Positions 50,174-61,775 of a DNA stretch of 64,000 bases are shown here, one piece after another. Where the stretch lies: NCBI GenBank assembly GCA_040437565.1, contig JBDOQK010000013.1, forward strand, positions 310,001 to 374,000, in the 5' to 3' direction. Source of the stretch: Albugo candida. Its lineage: Eukaryota. The notes below the pieces were generated by a model. It was not told where the DNA came from. It did no database searches and worked only from the letters and a program-made list of their open reading frames with translations. The translations under genes were made by a program, and so were the position numbers. Every line of letters starts with the position of its first letter. Within the stretch, counting starts at the first letter, position 1.

Positions 50174-53100
50174 TCAACTTGGAAATTGATTCGGATCGAA
50201 AATGGGATGGTTCTCGGTCACACCGCCTCGAAAAGGGATGGCAGATTGAAACTTGAGCAAATTTTCTTCGAACGGAGGAAGCTGGAGTTCATCGTGTCCC
50301 ACGTCTAAATGCGCTTCTATCATCTGGTCGATAAAATTATGACTGCCTATGGCTTCACCCGCGGACGATGAGCAATTGGCCACCAGCTGATCGTCTGGAT
50401 CGGGAATCAAGAACGCGTTCGTGTTCTTCTCAGGGACGCACTCATGGTGGCCAATTTGAGGTGATTCTTCATTTAGCAAATAATTGGATGCAATCAAACT
50501 TGAGCAAAGAGACGTGGGTGTGCCGTTTTTCTCGTTCGAATACGATATTGCTGCTGGATCCAAAAGGGCCGATGAGGGATGGTGTGAGTCCTTGGGCTTT
50601 TCAAACCTATTCGCGTCCGCTTGTAAGAGCGTTTCCAACTTTCGACGCTGCACAATCTTTTGCGATCGACTTGTGCGCCCACAAAACTCGACCGAGAAGA
50701 ATTCATATGCTTCCATAGAAATCGCAGCAAGTGTGTTGAGAAAATCATCCAACGGCTTGGCATATCGCATGTTCTGCTTGCCGACGCCACGTCGTGTCTT
50801 GTCCTTCATGGCGACCATACTCTCGATCAAAGCTTCAAACACAGGATGCGTACGGAATTGCCCAAGGAGGCCCATGATGGCAATACGCAGCCAAAAGGTT
50901 ATTTGCTTTTTACTATCGACTTGCTCCATGACTTTCAGCTTCAAAACGCGATACAGTGCTCGGAACGATGCATTCTTGGACAGTTTACGTAGGAATGGAT
51001 CGCTCTCGGTGTATACGCTGGGCAAGAATTTCAGATTTTCCACCTCTTTAGACGCCTTAGCTCTGCTAAGAACACTCCGGAAATTGGCACTACTCTTGAG
51101 GTCATTGCAAGCGCGACACGCGATCATTGGAGTAATAGACTCTGTGCTTTTGTCTGAAGCAAGACCATCGTTTGTTGCAATGCTATATCTACTGGACGAT
51201 AAACCTTTGGCAGGAACATGGCGGGAGCAATACAGACTTCGTACGCACTTTCCTCGCTTATCGACACGCCAGAAACACTCCCCAAAAACAGCGTCGGAAA
51301 GTATCATTTTTTGCTCGTCGTTGAGTTGCTCCTGAATGCGAATCTTCTGACCGGGCACGAAAGCATCAGGGAACAGTTCCTTGGCGATTACATACTTTGG
51401 TCGGCTTCCTCCAATAATTTGGACTGCTTGCATCGTGTAATTATCGACCTTATCACCACGCAAGCCACTACATGGTAAAACGTCGAGCGCAGGTGGTTGA
51501 GGATGTGCATACAAGTCATCGCCAGAGCTTGACGAATGGAAATCATTGTCATTATGCTTGGCTGGACTTGTCGCTTTTTCAAGTGTAGAAGAATGATTTA
51601 TCAATGAATTCTCCACAGCCTCGTCGAGTTCTCGAATGGATTCTGTGGGCTCCTCGGAAGCCGAAAAAGCAATAGTCGACGTGAACGCAGGAAAGTCCAC
51701 ATCCGGCATATCGTGAATCGATATATTCGGCATTACACTATGATCATTTTCGTCCGACAAGCCAGTAAAATGGTCTTGGTGTGATAGCGTCCCGGAGCCC
51801 ATATCGTACAAGCGCTGATCCGTCGATTGCTGCTGAATTTGTTGCCCGTGGATTTTGCTGACAGTTTTATCGTCAACCACACAAAGCCCACCATCCGTCT
51901 CTTTTGGTTGATTTTGATTGACGACGCACTGCTTTCGGCCACACAAGTGATGTTGGAAGAACTCGCAAGCTTCGGCAGAGATGGAGGCTAACGAAGACAT
52001 GTACTTGTCTAGCAAACTGCTGTACCACATATTTTGCATACCGACACCACGCCGTTCTTTATCTTTTAATTTGGCCATTGATTCCATCAATCCAATCATT
52101 GCCGGATGAGAGTCAAACTCGCCATGTATACCCATCTCTGCCATATCGATCCACATATTCAAAGCTGAGCTACTCTCAATCTCGATCAGAAATAAATCAC
52201 GAAGAAGTTGACCATACTCTTCATTCATTGCAAAATCCATCTCCAACCAGGAGCATATCTGATTAGAATTGAGTCGTCGAGTTGCTCGTGATTTCGTATT
52301 AGCGTCTGTGTGCACATGTCTTTTAGCGCAAGAAGTAACGGCAGCCCGAAGATTTGGATGGGCAGCAAGCTCAGAGCATGCTACACATGAGCGTTCGCCT
52401 TTATTTCGACTCACAGAAGCATGACATTTGAGACTTCGTATCGATTTTGCATCTTTATCAACAAACCATAGAGCTTCTGCTTCCATAGCGTCATGCAGTA
52501 AAAGCTTCTGGTACCTCGAAAGCTGCTGATAAACTTTGTGTAATTGAACTTTTTCCGATTTGAATAGATGAGGAAATAGCATTCGTGTGAGTTTATGCCG
52601 TGATCGACTACCTCCCGTCAATTGAAAGCTAGAAGTAACATATCGAGCGATACTTTGATCACGTAGGCCTGGACACGGAACAGTTCTCTGCAAATGAAAG
52701 GGTTCCCAATGAAACTCGCGAAGTTGGTACAAGCCAACGGTGCGATGATTTCCCGTAGGCGATGATTTGATCTTGCATCTTTTCAAACACTGTTCTCGAT
52801 TCTTCCGAGTCGTAGCATGAAGAGTACTTTGAAACGCGTGTGCCTTCTCACTATGCGTGATTCTTTTTGTCCTACGAGATGTAGATTTTCTGTTTGTATC
52901 TTTATTATCGTTCAGCAAAGAATTGGTTTTGTTGTGCAAACACTTTGCCTCCCAGTGTTGGTACATTTTGTTGAGACACCACGGAACAGTAAGAAGCACT
53001 AATTGACCACAACTACACTCAACGTATTTCCCATCCGGAGTTATACGTTCTATCCTGTCTCCTTTCTCCTTCAGTGTATTGATTACCCTATGGCGCTGCT

Positions 53101-54076
53101 CGTCGGTGAATTCTTGCTTAGACTTTGTATAGCCGAATGTGATGAAAGGTACTTTATTTTGTTCTAGAAGCAGCAGCATCTCATCCATCGTTTTAAGTGT
53201 ATAGGTTACATTTCCATACCACAAGGATGCGGTGTCACATTTCTGACGCGGTTGGGCGATATTCGATGCTTCTTCGGTGTTTTTTCTTCGTTTTGACTTT
53301 TGTGTGCGGAGAAATGAGCAATTACGACTGACAAGGTGCTGCTCAAACTTCAAAATGTACCAAGGCGGATTTAAGCGAACCTCACGACCGCAGCGACAAT
53401 AAAGAGTTCGACCATCCCTCGAGAAATCGTAAACAGCTGGATGATGTTGTATCATTTTCATCTTGTCTTCTCGACGAAGATAATGCACCATTTCATCTTC
53501 TTTTTCCAGCGTTTGTAGTGAATGATGTGAATTATCTCCTACCTCTGCATTTGAGACAATTTCGTTTGATTCTTTACAATTCTCATCTTTTTCAATTTCC
53601 GATAATGTTGTAGCTTGCGTTTTGAGCGTCGACTGTAGGATTGCCATTTCGCTTTGCTGAGGNNNNNNNNNNNNNNNNNNNNNNNNNNNNNNNNNNNNNN
53701 NNNNNNNNNNNNNNNNNNNNNNNNNNNNNNNNNNNNNNNNNNNNNNNNNNNNNNNNNNNNNNTTTGAGACAATTTCGTTTGATTCTTTACAATTCTCATC
53801 TTTTTCAATTTCCGATAATGTTGTAGCTTGCGTTTTGAGCGTCGACTGTAGGATTGCCATTTCGCTTTGCTGAGGCGAATCCTTGGGTGTGGATTTGTAT
53901 GCGGCATTTTCTTCCTTTTCAGTAAGAAAACAACCAGTGGAATCTGTTGAGGAAATATGCGAAGAATCAGCGTCTGTGGTTAACAGCGTGGTTGGCGCAT
54001 TTGCCTTATCTGTCCAAAGACCTTCTTCATTATTCACAAGAAACTCGACATGCGAAACATTTTGGAACAGCTGCAT
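50174..54076 (-). CDS. Large hypothetical protein with two CxC..H..C modules and two about 250-aa Cys-rich/helical repeats
   Basis: One long ORF with its first ATG at 54076. The repeat PCxGLR..GGSR..LFP..WxVDK..RSLxC..CxAC..KDKxRRGVGxQNMxY occurs twice. Confidence 0.85.
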   Translation of the reverse strand: MQLFQNVSHVEFLVNNEEGLWTDKANAPTTLLTTDADSSHISSTDSTGCFLTEKEENAAYKSTPKDSPQQSEMAILQSTLKTQATTLSEIEKDENCKESNEIVSXXXXXXXXXXXXXXXXXXXXXXXXXXXXXXXXXXPQQSEMAILQSTLKTQATTLSEIEKDENCKESNEIVSNAEVGDNSHHSLQTLEKEDEMVHYLRREDKMKMIQHHPAVYDFSRDGRTLYCRCGREVRLNPPWYILKFEQHLVSRNCSFLRTQKSKRRKNTEEASNIAQPRQKCDTASLWYGNVTYTLKTMDEMLLLLEQNKVPFITFGYTKSKQEFTDEQRHRVINTLKEKGDRIERITPDGKYVECSCGQLVLLTVPWCLNKMYQHWEAKCLHNKTNSLLNDNKDTNRKSTSRRTKRITHSEKAHAFQSTLHATTRKNREQCLKRCKIKSSPTGNHRTVGLYQLREFHWEPFHLQRTVPCPGLRDQSIARYVTSSFQLTGGSRSRHKLTRMLFPHLFKSEKVQLHKVYQQLSRYQKLLLHDAMEAEALWFVDKDAKSIRSLKCHASVSRNKGERSCVACSELAAHPNLRAAVTSCAKRHVHTDANTKSRATRRLNSNQICSWLEMDFAMNEEYGQLLRDLFLIEIESSSALNMWIDMAEMGIHGEFDSHPAMIGLMESMAKLKDKERRGVGMQNMWYSSLLDKYMSSLASISAEACEFFQHHLCGRKQCVVNQNQPKETDGGLCVVDDKTVSKIHGQQIQQQSTDQRLYDMGSGTLSHQDHFTGLSDENDHSVMPNISIHDMPDVDFPAFTSTIAFSASEEPTESIRELDEAVENSLINHSSTLEKATSPAKHNDNDFHSSSSGDDLYAHPQPPALDVLPCSGLRGDKVDNYTMQAVQIIGGSRPKYVIAKELFPDAFVPGQKIRIQEQLNDEQKMILSDAVFGECFWRVDKRGKCVRSLYCSRHVPAKGLSSSRYSIATNDGLASDKSTESITPMIACRACNDLKSSANFRSVLSRAKASKEVENLKFLPSVYTESDPFLRKLSKNASFRALYRVLKLKVMEQVDSKKQITFWLRIAIMGLLGQFRTHPVFEALIESMVAMKDKTRRGVGKQNMRYAKPLDDFLNTLAAISMEAYEFFSVEFCGRTSRSQKIVQRRKLETLLQADANRFEKPKDSHHPSSALLDPAAISYSNEKNGTPTSLCSSLIASNYLLNEESPQIGHHECVPEKNTNAFLIPDPDDQLVANCSSSAGEAIGSHNFIDQMIEAHLDVGHDELQLPPFEENLLKFQSAIPFRGGVTENHPIFDPNQFPS
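53550..53875. repeat. Exact 113-bp duplication flanking a gap (53550-53662 = 53763-53875)
   Basis: The sequence is identical on both sides of the gap. Confidence 0.9.
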
Positions 54077-57000
54077 GATGACTGGGCTAGTTCCAGCCAA
54101 TCATACCATTAAGAAGGCTGGTATAATCACAACTTGATCCGTGGATTAAGCAATGATTATTCGTCCATGACGGAACTTTCGGCTGATATTCGACCATGAT
54201 GTGACCACAACTGTGACTGTACTATTCAAGCTCAAGTTCAACGCTAAAGTATCATGGTTGATATGATGTTGTGACTGTATCGTATGTACCGCGACCGAGC
54301 ATGATATAAGCTATTTTGGAGAGCACACTTTATGATTTAGGCTGTAAGATTTGCCTCATATATTCAATTCCGATTCTATGGGTGTCTGGGAGCACTGGGC
54401 TCATATAAAATATCATCTAAATCAACGCAAGTTCATTTTGGCTACCTCCGATGATTGAGATATTTGGCAGCGTAGTTGTTTCTTATTAGTCTGATAATAC
54501 TAGCGTCTCGCTGATGATCAATACATGCTGGAGTTGAAGCTACTACACAATAACTACTTACCCAGCTTTGAACCAGCTTTCAGATATTAGGTCTCTCCCG
54601 CTGGACGTCACGAATGGCCGCTTTGATTGAGACGGCTTACTGTGGCACAATCTTTCTTGTGCTCACTAGAAATGTAGCTTCTACCAGCGTACACGCCATA
54701 CTTCCACGTGTTATCAGAAGGGGGCAACGCTGTACAACGAAATATGTTGGAATAGAGGTACATTTGCTTCTTGCTGATGCATTGTATGTATGCTAAGTGA
54801 TAAGCTCGAGCCGAGTGATACGGGAGCGTGAAATATAACGTGCCCTTGAACTTCAAACAATGGTTTGAAAGGCGCTGTATGAAAATTTTGTGACGTTATT
54901 CGCTGGCTGTGTCATCCTCCGAGAACCAATACTGAAATTACTGGTTAAACATTCTGAAGCTTCATACTACAATTCCGATGAAACATCAGTGCCTTCAATT
55001 CAACTTGAAGCGCGTGTTTCAGAGGCTGCAGGGAACGTTTATGACGAGCCAGGGACACATGATTCGTGGGCGATTTCGAGCTGTACTGAAATCCTTTCTA
55101 AATCGTTCACGTCCGACAACCTTATTGAATCGCAATTCGAAGACATGGAATTGTCTGATTTCCATCGACGAACACAAGTTATGTTGAGCTCAACTGCCAC
55201 TGGCGAATAGTCTCTGCTGGTATGCCCAGGCGCACAGTGAAACGTTATAGATTCGTCGAAGAGGTTCTAGTTCAAAGTTGATATTATCATCGAATGAAGC
55301 TTTGTCTGGCCGGATGGAATGCCGAGATACTAGATCGAGTTTTTCGGGTCCAGTATGTTTTGCTTGAGAATACTGAGACACGAGAACGTCTACTTTAACG
55401 AGAGCAAGGGCGATTTTCTTGAATCAAGCTTGGCACCAAATCCATCACAACTGTATTAGACGACAGCGTCAGCCTTCATTTGGCGTCTCTAAAAGCGATA
55501 TCGAATCGTTTGTCAAGGATTCCTTAGTTGTAACAGCGGTGTCATTAATCCAAATTTTCATGTTACCAAGGCTCGATAGTCAGCAGAAAGTGACTGCAGA
55601 AGCGGATCGCCTATCATCCAGTCCACGTTTTGGCGTAATGAATGCTTCAAACAATCATTGTATATCATCTTCGCTTAGTGTCGGTGTCTACAACACAGAT
55701 CAGTCAATTAAACGTTTTAAAAGCTCATTTTTTCCAACCTTCCGCAGTATCGAGTACTTTAATAATGTCTGAGCTAAACGTCGGTTTAGGTACACCGATG
55801 TTTAGCCATCGAACGCTTTGATGGAAGTCTCTACTTTCTGCACTTATTTCAACAACCATGCAATGTATGATACAACAAAGACGTAAAGTGAAAATTCCTT
55901 GATGGAATTAGGAAAGGTTTGGTCTATTTTTTCGGATGCACATCGAATATAGTTGAGGCGATATCAGTGTATCTTTTGAAGGAAGACAATGACACCATAC
56001 TTGATTGGATTGAATATATATCTTACAGAAAAATTAGGTTGATATTGTCACCAAACTGCTTGGATAGATCTTCAATATTGCATACGGCCGGTTAGCTGCA
56101 TCGTAAGTTGCAACGTACATCAAATATGGTATCGAGCAATAATAGTAAATGTGACAATATACAATATCATCGCCTAACATGAGGCCATTCAACATGCAAA
56201 ACAGCATCTCTCATCTTGTGACTCGTCAATAACCATTTTTTATTATCTTCACGATCCCGGTCCGACTTGCTAGTAGACTAACGAATTAATATGTAAAAAT
56301 ACAGCCAACGGCGGAGAATTTCCGGGTCGTTTTACTATCCCAAACATTGTTGAAGCAGCATAGATCTGGAACCATTGTCATCTCAGACCCCAGTCATATG
56401 AGATTAGCGATTCTACGACGATAAGCACACTTTTGGAAATTTTGTGATTTGATTGTTCCATTCCATACAAGTCGAGAAAATGTTTATTTTGTTGGAGGTC
56501 GATGGCGAGAACCATTAAGTTCACAATTGGAATGGCAATATCTTTCTGAGCACATAATCAAAATGTTTTTTTTTACTTATGTGCGCGTCTCAAAATACGC
56601 TGCGTTCTTCAAAATTCCAGCATCCATCCTTCCACCAAGCTAAACCTCCATTCACACTACAGACAGAATATGAAAGCGCCAGTTATCCGTGATATGGTGA
56701 ATCTCCAAAGCTTCGATTACGTATCGGTAGGTCAGAGTAGGAAGAAGATCAAAGCAGTATGACTTGTCACATCGAACGAATTAAACCATACAAATACCGT
56801 ATGCAGACTCTATATGAGTTTAGACAGCATTTATCACAACATTGGACCAGATGAAATGTGTCGGACTAGCAAGATCGATTGCTTATGAAAGCACGTGCAG
56901 TGTCATGAGCGCCATAGTATAGAGATTGGACTGTTCCGTCATGCTTTTATCACGCAAGTCTTGTCCTTTCTCTCGTCACTATAAATAACAAGATGACATC

Positions 57001-57366
57001 ACATGGCATGATAATAGAAATACTTAATCTGATTTGCAAGTCTACCTCGTTGATGTTTGGATCTCGGTAGAGGTCAAGACTACGGGGAAGATTCAAGACT
57101 AAGGACTGTAGTATTTCTGCGAACGCCACAGAAGAATGTTGATCGCGATATTAAAGTGCTCATTGGAATTTTGCATGTCAGAACACAATCGAAGAAAGGA
57201 TCAGCACCACGACTTATTGCCTGAAAAATGAGACCGTATGCTTGTAGTTAATATTTTTTTTTTGAAGTCATCCCTTGTGAAAACTCAGGCACTTATCAGG
57301 AACTTTAGCCAACATGGTGGCATTTTGAAGTCTCCACATCAGGAAATTACGCTGAAAGTGATGGTG

Positions 57367-57606
57367 GAATCTCCAAGCTAAAGTCTTTTCTCTGCCGCAT
57401 AATGCACGAAACATCTGTGAGCACGCTGATCAATCANNNNNNNNNNNNNNNNNNNNNNNNNNNNNNNNNNNNNNNNNNNNNNNNNNNNNNNNNNNNNNNN
57501 NNNNNNNNNNNNNNNNNNNNNNNNNNNNNNNNNNNNGAATCTCCAAGCTAAAGTCTTTTCTCTGCCGCATAATGCACGAAACATCTGTGAGCACGCTGAT
57601 CAATCA
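57367..57606. repeat. Exact 70-bp duplication flanking a gap (57367-57436 = 57537-57606)
   Basis: The sequence is identical on both sides of the gap. Confidence 0.9.
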
Positions 57607-57761
57607 ACATATGCAAATGGTTTCTGTGCCACAATCGACTTTGGTCGGATTCGAAATCACACTGAATTCCATATGACATATGTTTTGCGATCGAATAGTA
57701 TGGATTGATATTTTAACGTCATTAGAAATCAGAATCAAGTTCAAGTCTAGTGGCCGAGAGG

Positions 57762-58683
<922 letters not shown>

Positions 58684-58904
58684 GACTGAAGGAAGTTGCT
58701 GCAAATTCTTATGCCTTCTACAGATAGAGTGTTCTCAATTTTTATTTTCAACTGATTGACTTGATCACCGTATACCTACAGGATGAACAAAAGTGCTTCT
58801 TTTTCGCCTCTTTGGATTGTTTTAAAGGTTCCTTTGCAATCTAACTTGGATCTAGTTACACTATATTAGGTTCTAGCTACATGATCTTGAGTGGTACACC
58901 TCAG

Positions 58905-59364
58905 TCATTGATCTGTTGCACTTGGGCCGAGCTGGAGTAAAGCGCGCAAATTTTCTTTCGGTTGATTGAAAAAGACATAATCTTTGAAAGCACTGCGATG
59001 AAAGGAATCGAAAACTTTCTGCTTTGTTATCTCGCCTTCCATTAGCAGCTGGTCGACCGTACTCATTGCATCCTCGACCATGGAAAGCTATCAGAACGAT
59101 ATGATGTGAGTAGTAAGTCGATCCTCGTGCTAAATCCACTCTGACCTGCGCGGTTGTCTCTTGAAATCTCTCAAGAGCTTCTTCTTGTTGGTGTAAATGC
59201 TTTTTTTCCATCAGCTGGTCGCATCCCTGAACGCTAGTACAGTTCGTCTGCTGACTATCTTGATCAACGATACAACCGTCTTTGATACCCAAAGACGCCA
59301 AAATTTGAGCGGCATGAAGCGAGGAATCATGTTGTGCCATCATAACCATTTCCTGTATATTCAT
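58905..59364 (-). CDS. Hypothetical small coiled-coil protein, 2 exons
   Basis: A GT-AG intron at about 59088-59144 gives ..EEALERFQETTAQ|LSMVEDAMSTVDQLLMEGEITKQKVFDSFHRSAFKDYVFFNQPKENLRALLQ..*. Confidence 0.55.
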
Positions 59365-59630
59365 CCAAGATTCACACTCATTTTCCAGCCTATTGGACGT
59401 GAAAAGTAGAGTTGTGAACGAGTGTTGGCAGGCACGCAGCTTGCCTATTCAGAGCTTTTGCATAGTTTTCTGCAAGGTTTTCCAAGCATTGATTTTTCGG
59501 ATTGGTCTTTTTTATCTTTTAACGTGTTTTATCAATTTTTAGTTTCGCAATGGTTGTAGGAAACGCACATTCAATGTCATGGAGGGTGGATGGGTGATAA
59601 GGAAATCCTGGAATCCATCCTTTACAGCTT

Positions 59631-60238
59631 CTAAAGCTTTCTCCGCTGCGCAAGAATGTCCTTAGATGCAGAAAGACGATAAAAGCAATGCGTACTAAGT
59701 TCGATAATATCTTGTCGAGAGCTGTATCGAGAAAACTCCTTTTCGATTTTCTTGAGCTCAATCTTAACTTGATCCTGCAGCAAAAGATACAAATCCAAGT
59801 GCGGGGCTGCAGCCAAAGTAGCTTTGATCGCATTTGATCGTCCTTGATCGGCTTCTTTCTTTTTCTTTTTCTTAGAAGTTTGCAGTCGTCTCAATTTCCG
59901 TTTCTCGACCATTTGATGTTGCGCCAGAAGCGCAGAAGTTGCTTTTGTTGCATCAATCGATCGCTTTCTTCGCCTTTTGACTTTAAAAGTGAAAGGTGCC
60001 TTTAGTGCATCATAATGCTTGAGTTTCTTGTCAGTTGGTGCATTTTCGTCGACAATGTCTTGTCGTTTCACTACCATCTCCTTTGCATTTTCTTCATCAA
60101 AAAATACAAAGCCCCGACGAAGCACACGATGCGCTCTAAATGCGCTGTTTATTAGTAAGCGCGCATGAAGCATATTTACACGTACCTGAATGAGGTAAGA
60201 GGAGTTTCTCGACGGATAACTAGCGAGGAATATGACAT
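59631..60238 (-). CDS. Hypothetical Lys/Arg-rich protein, 2 exons
   Basis: The ATG at 60238 joins in frame to ORF 59631-60173 through a 41-nt GT-AG intron (60145-60185). Confidence 0.55.
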
Positions 60239-60328
60239 ATTTCTACGAGAGTGAAACTTGTTGAAAGAGTCTATTGTATAAATTGATACTGTGCTCACTG
60301 AAACATTATTATGTGGCTATTTAACATT

Positions 60329-61204
60329 CTAGACATTATAAGCATACAAGAGCGATGAGTTATTCGAACTGGTCGGCGACTGGCTTAGCCATCCTTTCAG
60401 AAGCAGCAATGCAGTCGAGTCTCCGTTTGATCCCCCTCGTTGCTGAGAAGTCCCACCGATATGCCGAGCTCGAGATCCGCCCAAATCGGTTGGTGACGAC
60501 AACAAAATAGTGCCAGCGGAAGCCGCAAGACTACTATCCAGCTGACTATGCGTTAGCATAGTCAGCTGATTTGATCGACTGCTGGCTCTTTTAACGTCAG
60601 AGGAGTTCATACGATTTTGCCGCGAGCTGAACATTCGAGGAGCGTTGGCTGTTGGTTCTTGATGGAAAGCCATGGTTACATGCGGATTGAAGTCGTAATC
60701 TTCCTGCTCGAATACACTGTCATGAGGCTGGTAGGATCGTAAACGAGCCCTGTACTTGGGACGTTCATCTTGATGGAACAGTACGAGCGCGGGTTTGTCG
60801 ACATGAGATCCAGTTGTATGTACAATGTCATCCTTACCAGACTTTACTCTGTAAGAAGCCGACGTGCGATGGCTCGAGTGCCTCTGTGCTTCTGTTGTCG
60901 GGTTAAAACGTCTCCGAGATGAAGTGCACGTCCTAGCTCGTGAACGTTTTTTTGCTTCCGTTCGATCAGTTCGTATCGTGCTCGAGCACGTCGTACTACG
61001 ATCCCTCGTTTGTTCGCTACTTCGCATCGAGTTGAGTACGATCGATCGAGACACTGATTTTTTTGATTCGAGATAAAATATATACTCCAATGCGTTTGTT
61101 GGTCGCGTTTCACATGCGCATTTTGTACCTCGATGACGACAGGTTTTGCACCGACGAAGCCATGCTAATGTGAAAAGATAACGCAGAGAAATGCAGATCT
61201 GCAT
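60329..61204 (-). CDS. Hypothetical Ser/Arg-rich protein with N-terminal Cys cluster
   Basis: A 291-aa ATG-initiated ORF containing CKTCRHRGTKCAC. No family was recognised. Confidence 0.55.
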   Translation of the reverse strand: MQICISLRYLFTLAWLRRCKTCRHRGTKCACETRPTNALEYIFYLESKKSVSRSIVLNSMRSSEQTRDRSTTCSSTIRTDRTEAKKRSRARTCTSSRRRFNPTTEAQRHSSHRTSASYRVKSGKDDIVHTTGSHVDKPALVLFHQDERPKYRARLRSYQPHDSVFEQEDYDFNPHVTMAFHQEPTANAPRMFSSRQNRMNSSDVKRASSRSNQLTMLTHSQLDSSLAASAGTILLSSPTDLGGSRARHIGGTSQQRGGSNGDSTALLLLKGWLSQSPTSSNNSSLLYAYNV

Positions 61205-61775
61205 GCCGTTCTATTGATATGACGAAGAATTTGGTAGTGGGCACGAAAAAATCAACTCCCTGTAACAGTCAGATCATCTGATAGTATACCCTCCTGCCAT
61301 AGAGCACTGGCGAAACTTTACCTCTTGCCTGCCTTTGTGCATAGAATGAAAGGAGACGCTGTAACCAGTTGTGTAGAGGTCGATCGGAAGAACACAACAG
61401 CAAACATCGTAATTCCTTACAATATTTCGATATAATTTATCCACCAAAGACGGATGGTGAAGTCGGCTGTTTAAAGGGTACATTTGATTTTCTCATAGTA
61501 TGTGTGGACTCGATTCTTAATCCAGACGTTTCTGGGTCAACAAACCTAATTCACGAAATGGGTACCATACCATACCACCATAAGGATCTCAGAACCGTAA
61601 AAACGCAGTATCCGATCAGCTATCGTAATTCGAAAGAAAAGCTATCCCGGTCGAGTCTCACTTCTATCTCTCCATAATTAGAATCATCTTTCCAACCGCC
61701 ATGATGCCGGAAAACGAATACAAATATTCCAAATGGGGCTTTATTTATTGAGAACGACCTTCTCGTCATCCACAG

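Noticed and set aside
48218..54076. JmjC + SWIB + putative DNA-binding gene as a chromatin-related gene cluster
   Set aside because: Adjacency in a compact eukaryotic genome is weak evidence, and no shared regulatory element or synteny data are available.
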